The notes beneath the pieces are model-generated. The model did not search any database. It saw only the letters and a list, made by a program, of their open reading frames with translations, and had not been told where the DNA came from. Position numbers and translations under genes: made by a program. DNA of 63,821 nt, counting the filler. It is 21 parts of 21 records of this genome, joined end to end, with 100 filler letters (N's around TTAATTAATTAA, not from the genome) between each part and the next. Parts side by side here need not be neighbours in the genome. Positions count along the whole stretch, not along the records: positions 48,815 to 50,882 come from SRR11831585_961; positions 50,983 to 54,542 come from SRR11831585_962; positions 54,643 to 59,170 come from SRR11831585_964; positions 59,271 to 61,456 come from SRR11831585_975; positions 61,557 to 63,821 come from SRR11831585_984; 16 more parts are not named here. The stretch is one strand, 5' to 3'. How positions within the stretch are numbered: the first letter of the stretch is position 1; each line of letters opens with the position of its first letter. Positions 49,284-62,069 of this stretch are shown in pieces.

Positions 49284-50207
49284 TTAATTGATTTTGGCAG
49301 ATACTCGGTTTTTACCTCGGCGTTTTGCGTCATAAAGTGCAAGGTCAGCGCGATGGTAAATGTCTTCCATCCCCGTATCACTTTCAGAGAAATAACTTAA
49401 GCCGATACTAATGGAGATTCGCGTATCGGAAAGCTCTTCGTGTAGGAGTGTGTTGGATACCGCATCTACCAGCCGCTCTGCAAACGCGACGGGAGAAATC
49501 TCGTCAGTATGCTTGAGAATAATGCCAAACTCATCGCCACCGAGCCGACCAATGGCGTCAGTTTTACGCACTTTGAGTTTACATATCTCTGCGACTTTAC
49601 GGATCGCTTCATCACCTAGGCTGTGCCCGTAGGAGTCATTAATCCGTTTGAAATTATCGATATCGACGACTAGGAAGCAGTAGTTTTCATGGTAACGCTT
49701 GAAGGCGTAAAACGCGTCGTTAAGTGTTTCAAACAGTTTTCTTCGATTGAGTGTTTTGGATAAATCATCCACTTCAGATTGATAGAGCAATTGCTGCTGA
49801 ATATGGTATCGAGCGGTAATATTACGAGCAACCCACACCACCGCTCTTTCGCCATAGCGTAATGATTTTAGAGGGCTGACACGTCCTTCAAAACGCAGTT
49901 CCCCAATCGGGCCCGTTGCTTCATCGACCGTATCTACATCATCTGCAGACAAGGAATATTCAAAAACTTTAATGCAATCGCAATCGAGCGTTTCTTTAAT
50001 TCGATCTTTAAACCAAGTGGCCTTTTCTGGTGGAAGGACATTGTCGAGGGTTAGTCCCTTTAAAGATGATCCGTCATGGTAAAGATCGGAGTTTTCACCA
50101 CCAAATATCGCCGCATAGCGACCAGATTCAGTGAGAACAAAAACCAAATCAGGCAGAGCTGAAATTACCGCAGCGTATTCTTCGCATTCATAACACTGTC
50201 TATCCAT
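49284..50207 (-). CDS. PAS-GGDEF diguanylate cyclase, Vibrio-like
   Basis: N-terminal PAS-like domain, DIDNFK.IND.YGH..GD, I-site RKTD five residues before GGDEF. Start codon uncertain. Confidence 0.92.
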   Translation of the reverse strand: MDRQCYECEEYAAVISALPDLVFVLTESGRYAAIFGGENSDLYHDGSSLKGLTLDNVLPPEKATWFKDRIKETLDCDCIKVFEYSLSADDVDTVDEATGPIGELRFEGRVSPLKSLRYGERAVVWVARNITARYHIQQQLLYQSEVDDLSKTLNRRKLFETLNDAFYAFKRYHENYCFLVVDIDNFKRINDSYGHSLGDEAIRKVAEICKLKVRKTDAIGRLGGDEFGIILKHTDEISPVAFAERLVDAVSNTLLHEELSDTRISISIGLSYFSESDTGMEDIYHRADLALYDAKRRGKNRVSAKIN

Positions 50208-50324
50208 ATGTTCTACTTTCACGTAGTTCCAACCCTTTCCAATAGGCCTAATCATAGGTTGAACCACTCACATTCATAACAAAAGTGGCTCAACTGTTGA
50301 TATTTTAGCTCATGTTTTTAAAGT

Positions 50325-50882
50325 CTAAGGGTGATCAATACGTGATTTACACATACTGGCGAATCTAACCAGAATTTGTTTCGCCTGTTCTGTTTCAGCG
50401 ACCTGTTCGAGCTTGCTTGTGTAGCTATCGGCAATCGCTTCTTTCAAACCTTCAACAGAATCTCGCATGATGTCGCTGGTAAACTCCGGATGGAATTGAA
50501 CACCCCAAGTGCAACTGCCAGCTCGGAAGGCATGGTGTTCATCCAATTCGCTTCTTGCTAGGCACACGGCATTCGGTGGAAGCTGCTGCACCGATTGGAA
50601 ATGCACGGTTTGAGCTGCAAAGTTTGCTGGGAGTGACTCAAACAAAGGGTCATTACTCGCGCTCGGTAAACGCTCCAACTCTACCGTTCCAATTTCCAGA
50701 CCTTTCGGGTTATAACCCACAGCACCACCAAGAGCTTGGGCGATTAATTGGTGACCAAAGCAAATGCCAAGAAGAGGAATTCTCTTTTCAGTGAGGGTAA
50801 CGATGTCGTCTGATAATTTCAGCATCCAGTCTGTCTTTTCCGTCACCATAGAAAGTGAACCCATGATGATGACACCTGCCAA
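50325..50882 (-). CDS. Class I glutamine amidotransferase, 5' truncated, Vibrio-like
   Basis: PLLGICFGHQ and GVQFHPE catalytic triad motifs. Confidence 0.92.
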   Translation of the reverse strand: MAGVIIMGSLSMVTEKTDWMLKLSDDIVTLTEKRIPLLGICFGHQLIAQALGGAVGYNPKGLEIGTVELERLPSASNDPLFESLPANFAAQTVHFQSVQQLPPNAVCLARSELDEHHAFRAGSCTWGVQFHPEFTSDIMRDSVEGLKEAIADSYTSKLEQVAETEQAKQILVRFASMCKSRIDHP

Positions 50883-50982
50883 NNNNNNNNNNNNNNNNNN
50901 NNNNNNNNNNNNNNNNNNNNNNNNNNTTAATTAATTAANNNNNNNNNNNNNNNNNNNNNNNNNNNNNNNNNNNNNNNNNNNN

Positions 50983-53900
50983 CAGAGAGTATCAAGGGGT
51001 CACATACGAGCTAAGAGTGGCAGAAGACGTACGCTGAAGTGCACATGGATCTTGTCGATGCGGATGCCCCCGTCCATGTCCGCCTCCACAATCTCCTCAA
51101 GATCTTTCAGATCTGGGTCCTCCGCAGGCACCGTGCCATAGCGACGGGCGCCACTAAGAACACTCGAAGCATGTGCGTACTGCTGGAAGCACGAGAGAGA
51201 CTTTGTGATGGTGTCTGTGAGATCACCCGCTGCCCTGAGCTGTCCATACGGCGGGTATCCCTGCAGTTTGCGAAGCTCTTCCGCAATGTCGATACGTTTC
51301 AGCACGTCACTGATCTGCAGCACACACTCATCGTTAGCGTGCACAATCATCGTCTGCACAACGTTACAGGACGTACATCTTTCAGCACATCCACCGTGAG
51401 TGACCCGTTGAGAAGCGCACGGAAGTTGCCGTCCGTCTCGCGGATCCACTCGCGCAACCGGCGTACAGGTGACTCTGTGGGCGCGGGCCCCGTCCGTCAT
51501 CATCTGCGTTATCACGAGCATCGGCAAGGCCCTGGCGGATCCATGTATCACACAGACCCTCAAACAGCTGGCATCGCTGCACAACAAAGTAGCGCAGAAA
51601 GTCCAGCTGAGAATCCTCCCGGAACTCGCGCAAGTGCTGGTTTAACAGGGTAGCGAGTCTGCGGAGGGTGCTCAAGCGCAGAGAGGTGGGACGCTCAAGG
51701 GACACAAGCAGATCTCGCTCCACAGCTGTCAGCTTATTACGCATGCCGGCGTACGTGATCAACCAGCGCAGGATCTGCAGAACACAGGATGGACCCGTTA
51801 GCGGTACGTGTAGGTGTCACGGAAGGTGTGGGCACTGCGCACCGCAAAAATGACGATAACACGCTCGCGAATAGACATAGTACCACATTCTGAGCGCACA
51901 CGCACACACGCAAACATCACCGCACGCGCAGACACTCGCGCATATTCACACACAACCATCATAACGCACACATAAACCCCCACAAAACACATCAACACAC
52001 ACATGACGCACGCGCGCGCTCACATCCTTGCGCTGACTTATCCACAACCAGACACACACGCGCACACGGACTTCCAAACCACGACAAACACCCATCGACA
52101 CGTACCATTGCATCACGCTTGAGCTCCTCCAGAGTGCAGTCAAACTCGTCCACAAACTGAGTGAGTGCGACCTCGTCCTCCACACCCACCGCACGCATCG
52201 TGCTCCCGATAGAGTGCATCCGCAGGGCGACAACTTCGCACTCGGCGCGGGTAAAGTCGCCCTTGTCAAGGCGCTCACGCAACGCACGACCGCTCAGCAT
52301 GAGTGTGGCCAGAACACCGCTGAGGGCATCCGAGATGGAGGGGATCCGACGCTCCACAACCCTCTGCGCCAGTTTGAGCAGCACATCGATGGGCGGCGGG
52401 TCCATCACGTCAAAGTCACTCACGATGACCTTAAACAGCTCCTCACACACGATGCCCACGCAGGCCGCGCTGCCGGATCCCAGCGTATACGACTTGAGCG
52501 TACGCTGCAAATTCTCCAGCGTCGGACGGCGCACACGCGGCTCCTGTTGTGCGAGGGGAGTGACCGCCTGGCGCACAGCGTAGCGCCACAGATCGAGATG
52601 CATGCGCCTGTCATCGGGCACGTCCATCGCGGAGAGAAGGGCGGACCAGCTGTCAACCAGCATCGCCATGGTGAGGGCCGTGTGATCGCGGAGAGCGGCG
52701 CAGGCTTCCACAGGGAGAGAGAGGCTGGCGAACCGGGGCACGTTCTTCACAAACGAAAACAGTGCGGAGATGCGTTTCATATTGTTGTAGTACGCGCTTC
52801 CCGTAGTGCCATAGCTGTCCTCTGGTTGTAACGCCCGGCGCAGTACAGCGGAACACAGCATGCGATCATCTGACACAGGAGATCCAGCGATGGTCTCGAA
52901 CATACGATACACATCACGCGGCGCTGAGACATATTCCGAGGGCTTGTCGCAAAAAGCCCTCGCAATCAGTGCCGTGGACGCCGCGCTCAGTGGCAGCTCC
53001 TCTGCGTGCTGAAACAGTGTTGCGAGATCGCTGGCTTTGGTGCTCTTGCTGCTCACAATGCGGTTGACAAATGTCGCCTCCAGCAGGTCACGGTGCGGGA
53101 GCATGGTGGCCGCGGACATCAGCTTCCCCACAACGTCAGTCACCGCCGTTTTGACCGTATAGTGACTGTAGCGTGAGAGCAGCGCCTCCACATATCGGCG
53201 CATGACATCTGGAGAGGAGAACGGGGCCACGAGAGAGATGAAGCGGATGTCGTCCGCGGGATACTTTGCGCTGTTCTCCGCGAAAATGCTGACAGCGCGC
53301 TCTGCAAAGAGGCTGTTGTCGCCCACCTGCAGCGTCACGTACGTCGCATGCAGCTGGTCCCGACGGACCTCCAGCATCTGACAGATACCAATGAAGCGCT
53401 CCCAGTCCATAGGGCACAGCGAGAACTCGGCTCGGCGTGCTGCAATCGCACGCACAACTTCGTCTGCTGTGATGTACCTGTCCTTGCGGACGGCGCTGGT
53501 GGCAGCGAGGATATCTCTCCAGTCGAACCGCTCGTGTTGACGGAAGAACATACGCAGCTTGAAAATGAGGCGAGCATGTGTGAGGATGCGGTCCAAGTCC
53601 TGCTGGTTCGTGCGCAGCTCATGGTCGCGTTTAGGGTTGGCGAGAAGCATGTGCAGCATATCGGAAAGGAAGTGTGTCGGCATGACCCCCTCGGGTAAGT
53701 ACGCAGGACGTTCACGCAGCTCCTCCAGACTCAACAGGAGGTTGTCGTCAAACTCCGGAGCGAGTTCACCGATACGCCGACTCAATCCGTGCGTGAATTG
53801 TAAGACATCACTAGCCGCTGCGCGCTCGTCTCCAGAACCGTCCTTGGTATTCAGCAAACGCGTGTATTGCGATAGTTTGAACGAGAGATACAGCAGCTTG

Positions 53901-54199
53901 ATGATGCGTTGAGGTGTAGCCAAAGAAGCATCCTTCGTTATGCCGATACGAATCTTCGCGAAAGCGGATACATCTGAAGGAAAATACGGATTCCCGGTTT
54001 TGCTTCTCTGCGCAAGCTGGCGATTCCGGTCATCGTACTCAACGAAAAGTTGGGCGACTGACTCGAGAGGGGTATCATCTAGAATCAACCGCTTCAAGAC
54101 CTCCGCCACCTCGACTCCGAATGATTTGGAGGGACCGACCAAATCCGTAGTTTCGGTCGAACCGGTGAACAGTTCCACGAATTTTTTCAGTAGGCCCAT
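50983..54199 (-). CDS. Large alpha-helical protein of unknown function, 3' truncated
   Basis: 2.1-kb first exon (54199-52106) ending at a GTACGT donor, with further coding blocks to the contig end. Confidence 0.75.
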
Positions 54200-54852
54200 T
54201 GTAGCGGAGGCACAACCAAATGTTTCTCGAGTATTCCAGCTACAGTAGCGGAGCTGAACAATGAGAGAAATAAAGCAGGCATCCTACCTCGCTTGAACTC
54301 GCACCCTGCACCTCCTCAAAACGGGATAGGAGAACTGGAGGAGGGCCACAGAGTCAAATTCGATCAGAGTTGCAAACTCATCGCCCAAAACCAAGACAAG
54401 GAAAGATACGTGCTTTTCTCTCGTTCCTGTCAAAAAGAGGACTATTTAGCTCGATTTTGAGAGATGGATGAGTCACGGGGTACGCAATATCACTTTCACG
54501 ACTTTCGCGTGATTTAATTCTGCAGCCGACATGCCTGGTCGTNNNNNNNNNNNNNNNNNNNNNNNNNNNNNNNNNNNNNNNNNNNNTTAATTAATTAANN
54601 NNNNNNNNNNNNNNNNNNNNNNNNNNNNNNNNNNNNNNNNNNCGGACGATAGAAGACACGAAGAAGGAAGAGAGAGAGAGAGGCAGAGAGAGAGAGGGAG
54701 AACGGAGGGAGAAAATATGCCCGAGACAAGGGTCGCAATCGGCCTTGTAAAAAACGCCACAAAAGGCGATATACCACATTGCAAACATACAAGAAAGAAA
54801 CACGCACATATGCATCGATGAATCAACATACAAACAATACAGCCCGACATAC

Positions 54853-56035
54853 CCTTGTCATGGGGGACGCAGACCCACGCACGCGGCGCCGACCAAAGTA
54901 CAGTGTATTGGGACACGCACAACAGACTGTACACGGTGTGCAGTTGTTCTCATACATGCAGGTCACACAGCAGGGGAAGCAGCAGGCCGCGATACCCACT
55001 ACGCAGACAACACACGCGAGACAGAATGGTGAGATGGATTGAAAGTGTCGAGTGGCGACGGCTCATACGCACGATATGATGTGATGGACGAAGACACAAA
55101 CACAAACACAGATACGCACACAGAGGCAAACAAAACAACAAACGCAAACGTACCACGCAAGCACGCTGTACAGTCACACGGTTCGGGGCACACATTCGAA
55201 TAGAGCCGCTGCGTTACGTTGTTGACCTCAGTCCCCACATCCACAGACCGGTCCATCATCTGAAACCGTGCAAGTCGTTCCCGAGCCTCTCGATAATCTT
55301 GCGACACCACACACGGGAAGCAGAACATCGTGTAGCACAACGCATACAGCGCGTGACAGCAGCCGTCACCCAGGTCCATGTGCTCACGTTCGAGGCGGAA
55401 TCGTGAGAAGAATTCCGTGTTGGGGCACGCACACACACAGTCCACCCAAGAACACTGCTCGCGCCCTGCTAAGCGGTTCTCTGTCCACGCGCTGTAGTAA
55501 CAGGGACAGACGCACGCACCAAGACCTACAGAACAGAGACGAGACAGCGATAGAGTTGCATGATGAGCAAATAGATACGTACGGGAACGTAACAAAGAAG
55601 TAGAGACAAAGACACGTAACCGCATCATAAAGGAGGCACGCCTATTTCCCGTGAGGACCGAGAGCACAATGTCGCTGCGCACTGTCGAACACAGACACAG
55701 TCAGTGGACGCGCACGTACACGTAGAAACAGATCCGCGGCAGGAGAGAGGATAAATCCACGTTGGGTGTCGGTGACCGCGCAATCGAGCGGCACGACGCA
55801 TATCAGAGACAGCGTACAGGCGCCACGACGCGACGTGGGGAAGAGGTGTTTGGCCATCGAAGAACAGAGGGCGGAAGAGATATTCATCGTTGTCGGCGAT
55901 GAGTTTCCGAAAGCGACGATTGACCTGTACGACAGACACCAGCGTATGCGGATTGCGTGCTTGTTGCAAAATGTACAGCCAGACATCTTCCGGAATTTCA
56001 AGATCCCAGCGAACTGGACTGCCAGTTGAATTCAT
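54853..56035 (-). CDS. F-box + tandem PLAC8 domain protein, 3' truncated
   Basis: Exons 56035-55720, 55525-55154, 54998-54853. F-box EIPEDVWLYILQ...LVSVVQVNRRFRKL, then W..PL.C....CLGACVCPC...CFPCVVSQDYRE, then ACCFPC...CACPNTLYFGRRRVR. Confidence 0.82.
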
Positions 56036-56357
56036 GTTGTTGGTTGCCCTCTGCATGCATAATATAATAATGCGGCTCGTACATCGGATTCGTGGACAGC
56101 AGAAAGTTTCAGCTGTCACGTTTTTGACTCCTTAAGTTTCACTTGCAAATGTCGCCACTGCACCAACTGGTGTCATGTACCCGTGACCCAAAACCTTTGA
56201 GACCGCTGTTCCTCGCAAAGTATCTGTATTTTGGTCTGTCGTGATCTACTAGATAAGGCGGTCCTGTTCGCCCTCACATTTACGTCTACATCATTATGAA
56301 TCGTCACACGCCTTGTGATCCGACATGCATATAATTTCGTGGGCTCTGCTTGTAACA

Positions 56358-59170
56358 GTAGCTTTCACGAGCATCCTCGGGTCATTTGCTGGTATGAAAC
56401 TGGTCTTCTTGCGGTGTATGTGCAAAACATGACCGCTCTCTCGATCGTAGTGACTGTCACATCGTTATCCGCCCGATTCGGTCCCACGACTGGCGGTACT
56501 GTTATCACTGTAACGGGTAGCGGTTTTGTAGCAGGAACTGTGTATTGTTCGTTTGGCGGTCCTGATATTGTAGGAGGGTACTTGACTGCATCGACCATCA
56601 CCTGCACCGCTCCGGCCACCGCTGCAGGCACAGTTTACGTGGAAGCCAGGAACAACGGTGATGTCTACTCGACCAATTACGTTCCGTTCACCTTCTACAG
56701 TACGCTTTCTTTTTCCATCGCACGAATCTGCATCACCTGATGCGCCGTTGTCCCCTACAGCAATAACCATCTCAAATTACGCGCCACGCTCCAGTATCAC
56801 CACGGGCGGTGCGCGTGTGACCATCACGGGGTCTGGGTTTTTGGTTTCCCCTTCGCTGCAGTGCATGTTCGGGGCGACGGTGGCTGCTGCGACGTGGACG
56901 TCCGTATCGACAGTGATGTGCACCGCCCCGGCCGCCAGTACGTAGTCGCGTTATCATGTTTTTGTTATTTTTATTTTCCCACATGGAAATGGTATTCGCT
57001 TGTTTGCAGGTGCACGTAGAGTAGTTTTATGTGGGGTGTTGTAGTGTGAAGGAGAGGAGGGTGTCGGGTATGTGACATGGTCCCCTTAATGACGATATCG
57101 TGTATAGGTGCCGGGGCCGTGGCGCTGTCTATCACCAACAACGCGCTGCAGTACACGTCGGTTGGCACCTTTACGTACAGTACGTACCCATAACAAATCA
57201 CCTACTGCGCTGTTCTGATGTTTGGTCTCTGCGAAAAAATAGTGGTCTGCTGTTGAGTTGTTTGCGGGTAGTGTTGTTTGCAGATGTGAACTTCATCTGT
57301 ATGTCAGCATGTGTTCATACCTGTTGTCCTGCGTGTATATTTCATGCCTTGTCTTTCTACCGCTACTGTGTGACTGATGTATGTGTGTTTGTGTTTGTGT
57401 AGCTGCGCTGCCCACCGCTACCGCTGTGAACCCTACTCGCGGTCTGATCGGTATGTCACCGCGTTTGTGTGAGAGGGACAGAGAGAGTGTGTGTGTTTGT
57501 ATATGCACGTGCTCGTTTTGCTGCTTGTGTATGCATGCGAGATGTTATAGAGTGTCGTCGTGCATATTGGTTCGGTGGAGGATACTGAGGAAAGGCTATA
57601 TATGGTTGCATTCTTCTTCCTTTCGTCCTACAGTGGTGATATCTGCTTGTTCTGCTATGTGTACATGTAAATTTGATTGACTCATCTTCTTTTCAGCGGG
57701 TGGAACGACGGTGTCTGTGACGGGGGCGAATTACGTGGCCGACCCGGAGTCTCAGTGCATATTTGGCAGTACGTCGCCTTTAGGTGTTGGTGTTGTGCGT
57801 CGCTTTCATGTATCTGGTGTTCGTATTTGCTTGACATAGAAGTGAGTGTTCGTACTCATGTGGATTTTGAGAGAGGGCTGATCATTATATATTTTGTAGC
57901 TATGTATACAGGTGCTACCTACGTCTCCGCCACAATTTACCGCTGCATTTCACCGGCACAAGCTGCCGGTGCAGTAACGGTCAACGTGGCTAATAACGGC
58001 ATATCATATTCCGCCAGCGCCCTCTCATTCACGTACAGTACGTCTGCTTGTCATACGGGAGTAAGTGTGTGTCATATTCGTCCTGTTCGAGCACGTGGTC
58101 TAACTTTCTTTCTCTGTTTTACAGCCGATGCGATTGTGACGTCTCTGAATGTCTTAACGGGCGTACTGGCCGGTGGCACAACCGTTACGGTGCAGGGCTC
58201 AGGGTTCGTGTCCTCGCCTGCGCCTGTTTGTAAAGTGGGGACCATCGCAGCTTCGTGCTCGTATTTCTCGGCCGCTGCTATCACAGTACGCGCTCCTGAA
58301 TTTGTGTTTGTTTCTATGTATGTTCAAATGTATGTGATTGTGTGTGTTGGTGTGTTTTGTGTATCTGTGGTGCCATTTGTTACAGTGGATGGTGTAAGCT
58401 GCTGCATGTGGAGGTGTGACATTCTGCAAGTATGTTTCTCTATTCGCGTTCATATTTGTCTAACGGTGGTGTCGGGTAGTTGACAACCCCTGCGTATGGC
58501 TCCGCTGGCACACAACCGGTGGAGATATCTGTGGACGGTGGTCTTACATATACGAACGACCGTGTCTTATTCACCTATGCGAGTACGGCCCTTGTGTTCA
58601 TCTATAATAGCAGATACATGAATAAGTGGTGGCTCCGCGTGCGTTTATTTGCTGTTCGTGTGAGTTAGTTTCGAATCAGTGTGTTGTATTCTGTATGCGC
58701 TTCTCATTCTGTGTTGTGTGTGTTACTTTTTCTTCCAGCTCCCACGATGTCAGGTCTAGCTCCAGCGTACGGTCCTACCACAGGGGGTACCGTGGTCACC
58801 ATCACGGGGACAAACTTTTATGCGGTACGCTTGCTTACACACGTACACACACACGATAGTGTTGTCTCTTGTTCGAAGGGTTCATAAGGTGTTTATCCAT
58901 ATCACCTCCACATTGGGATCCCGCTTTCTCGTGGTCGGGATGCTCATCGTCATCTCCCTCAGCTAACGTGTGTTCTGTGTGTCACAGACTGCGCTGACTC
59001 GATGTCTGTTTGGCACGGTGCCTCTGGTGGCGACTGCAGTCTCGTCCACCATCATTCAATGCACAGCGCCCGCCGTCGCTGGTACGGACCCTGAACCATG
59101 TGACAAAGGGGAAGGAAATGGTGGTGTTCGGTTGTGCGTGTGTGTGTGTGGTGGGTTGAATATGCGGGAT
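56358..59170 (+). CDS. Multi-IPT/TIG repeat cell-surface protein, start uncertain, 3' truncated
   Basis: About five repeats of P..G...GGT.VT.TG.GF.....C.FG........S...I.C.AP....G.V.V.V.N.G..Y......FTY. Confidence 0.88.
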
Positions 59171-59270
59171 NNNNNNNNNNNNNNNNNNNNNNNNNNNNNN
59201 NNNNNNNNNNNNNNTTAATTAATTAANNNNNNNNNNNNNNNNNNNNNNNNNNNNNNNNNNNNNNNNNNNN

Positions 59271-59723
59271 AATGAGTCGGTTACCATCGTTACCGGGTTC
59301 GATACCGTAAATGCGGTCTTTGAATTGATCAGCATGCTTTGCAATGTCGGCAAATGACGTTACGCCTGCGTCATAAACATATTTAGGGACGGCTAGGGTG
59401 TATTTCGCGCCTTCAAGGTTGGCGCGAATAGTTTCGACCGTTCCTGCATCACGATATTTGGCAATATCGCCTTCCATTGTTGGCATCCAGTTACCTAGAA
59501 AAACGTCGATATCGCCATTGGCCATAGAGGAGTAGGTAACCGGTACTGAAAGTAGGTCAGTCTTGGTTTGGTAGCCCAAACCTTTTAACAGTTCGGTTGT
59601 GACAGCGGTAGTTGCTGTGATGTCAGTCCAGCCGACATCAGCGAAACGAACCGTTTCGCAAGTGTTTGCATAGGTGTTGAACGACAGCATAGTTGCTGCT
59701 GCAAGAGTGATGACTTTACGCAT
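59271..59723 (-). CDS. Choline/glycine-betaine ABC transporter substrate-binding protein (ChoX/ProX type), 3' truncated
   Basis: Signal peptide, VRFADVGWTDI, DVFLGNWMP, IYGIEPGNDGN; GGAA RBS; directly downstream of betA. Confidence 0.92.
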
Positions 59724-59735
59724 GTTTTTATTTCC

Positions 59736-61456
59736 TTATTGATCTTTCATTTCCGAAGATTGAAGGGAGTCCAATGAGCGTCGTGGTGCGTTTTCGCGCT
59801 GGTCTTGTTGCCAGTTTTCTGCGATCCACACGGGTGCTTGCTCACGAGGAAGAAGAGTTTTACCTAAGATGATGTCTGCCGCTCGCTCAGCAACCATGAT
59901 GGTTGGAGCGTTAAGGTTACCGTTGGGAATGGTTGGGAAAATCGAGGAATCCACCACTCGCAGTGATTGCACACCGCGTACGCGACATTCGTTGTCGAGC
60001 ACGGCCATTGGGTCGTCGTCTGCGCCCATTTTGCAACTACAAGAGGGGTGGTAAGCACTTTCTACATTCTGCTTAACCCACGCATCGATCTCTTCATCTG
60101 AAGAGATATGGAACCCCGGTTGAATTTCATCGCCACGGTATTTATCTAACGCAGGTTGAGCCAAGATCTCGCGGGTTAAGCGGATACAGTCTCGCCAATC
60201 CTGAATATCTTGCTGCTCTGATAAATAACGGAAAAAAATGCCTGGTTTGTCTGCTGGGTCATTTGAACGAATCCAGACCTGACCGCGACTCAGTGGTTTG
60301 TTAGGACCAACGTGTACTTGGAAACCGTGTCCGTCAAACGCTGTACGGCCGTCATACCGCATGGCTGCTGGTAAGAAGTGGTATTGAATGTTTGGCCACT
60401 TTAAGCCTGCGCGAGAGCGTATGAACGCACAGGATTCAAAATGATTTGTCGCACCAAGGCCGCGCTTGGTAAGCAGCCATTCAGCGCCTATCATCCCTTT
60501 ACTGATAAGGCCTAGCTTGCTGTTTAATGTGATAGGTTCTTCGCAGCGATACTGGAAGTAGACTTCCAAGTGATCCTGCAGATTCTGACCTACACCGGGT
60601 AGTTCATGTTTTACTTCGACACCCGCGTTTTCCAGCACATCGCGAGGGCCAATACCAGATAACTGTAACAACTGTACTGAGCCAATAGAGCCAGCACTAG
60701 AAATCACTTCTTTGTTTGAAAATACGGTTTCGACCTGACCTTTATGTTCAAACTCCACACCTACTGCTTTACTGTTTTCGATAACAATTTTACGTGTCAG
60801 TACATTTTTAAGCAGAGTCAGGTTTGGGCGTTTCAACGCTCGGCGCAGGTACGCGTTCGAAGTTGAAGCTCGAACGCCTTTATCCACCGTCATATGCATC
60901 GGGCCGAAGCCTTCTTGCTGGTAACCGTTGTAATCGTTTGTCGTTGGATAACCGGCTTCTTCTCCGGCATCAATAAATGCCTGATAGAGCGGGTTTAGTT
61001 CCATATCGTTACCGTTACAAGTGGCTAACGGGCCTTGATCGCCACGGTATTGATCGCCACCATGAATCCAGCTTTCAGCTTTCTTGAAGTAAGGTAAGCA
61101 GGACGCGTAATCCCAGCCGTTAGCGCCGTATTGCTGCCATTCGTCAAAGTCGCAAGCATGCCCACGAACGTAAACCATACCGTTGATTGATGAACTACCA
61201 CCGAGCACTTTTCCTCGAGGGCAGTGCAGCTGTCGGCCATCCAATCCCGGTTCTTCGACAGATTCAAATTGCCATGCATATTTAGGTGTATTCATAGGGT
61301 ATGAGAGAGCGGTTGGCATTTGGATGAAAATGCTTTTATCGCTGCCTCCGGCTTCTAGTAACAAGACGGAATGCTCGCCACTTTCAGTTAGGCGATCAGC
61401 TAAAACGCAGCCTGCTGAACCAGCACCGATAACAATATAATCAAAGTGTTGTTTCA
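59736..61456 (-). CDS. betA: Choline dehydrogenase, Vibrio-like; contig starts inside the start codon
   Basis: (M)[54 protein letters not shown]. Confidence 0.96.
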
Positions 61457-61556
61457 NNNNNNNNNNNNNNNNNNNNNNNNNNNNNNNNNNNNNNNNNNNN
61501 TTAATTAATTAANNNNNNNNNNNNNNNNNNNNNNNNNNNNNNNNNNNNNNNNNNNN

Positions 61557-61810
61557 CACGGCCTTTCTGCGACATCTTTCTCCGGCGGTTCTGGCAACAG
61601 ACCACAGAGATGAGTGAACAGAATCACGCAGCAAACAAGTAATATCGTACGGCTGTCAGTGGATGACTCGCTGTCTGAGCTGGTCTGAGTGTCTCTGCGC
61701 GGCGCAGGCACGCGAGCTCTACAGATTGAGACAAAAAGTGAGAACCGATGAACATCACGAGCGAAACATACGATGATGCACGTTTCCGTAGCGTATTCTC
61801 TGCGCTCATT
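61557..61810 (-). CDS. 5' exons of a hypothetical protein
   Basis: MSAENTLRKRASS|ARVPAPRRDTQTSSDSESSTDS with GTATGT and GTACGA donors in phase. Confidence 0.4.
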
Positions 61811-62069
61811 CTGTCCCACTGAAACACAACAACAACGACAACAACCGAGTGAGCGCGGAGCTTCAAAGATCACGATTTCACTGTCGAACTCACGAACCAA
61901 AGAGAAGGAACCACAACATGAACACATTCGAGAGACCACATGAAATGTTCCAAACATACTGAAATGTTCCAAGCGGATGGAGAGGTGATTCCGGTGCAAT
62001 CTAGCTGCAGGGCGAAATGGGCATCCGCGCTCTGCTTCGGTCTTTTTGCAGCGTGGGACTTCTATCACC

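Noticed and set aside
48815..61456. Functional link between the two Vibrio-like contigs or with neighbouring eukaryotic genes
   Set aside because: Separated by artificial spacers; each is an ordinary bacterial locus.
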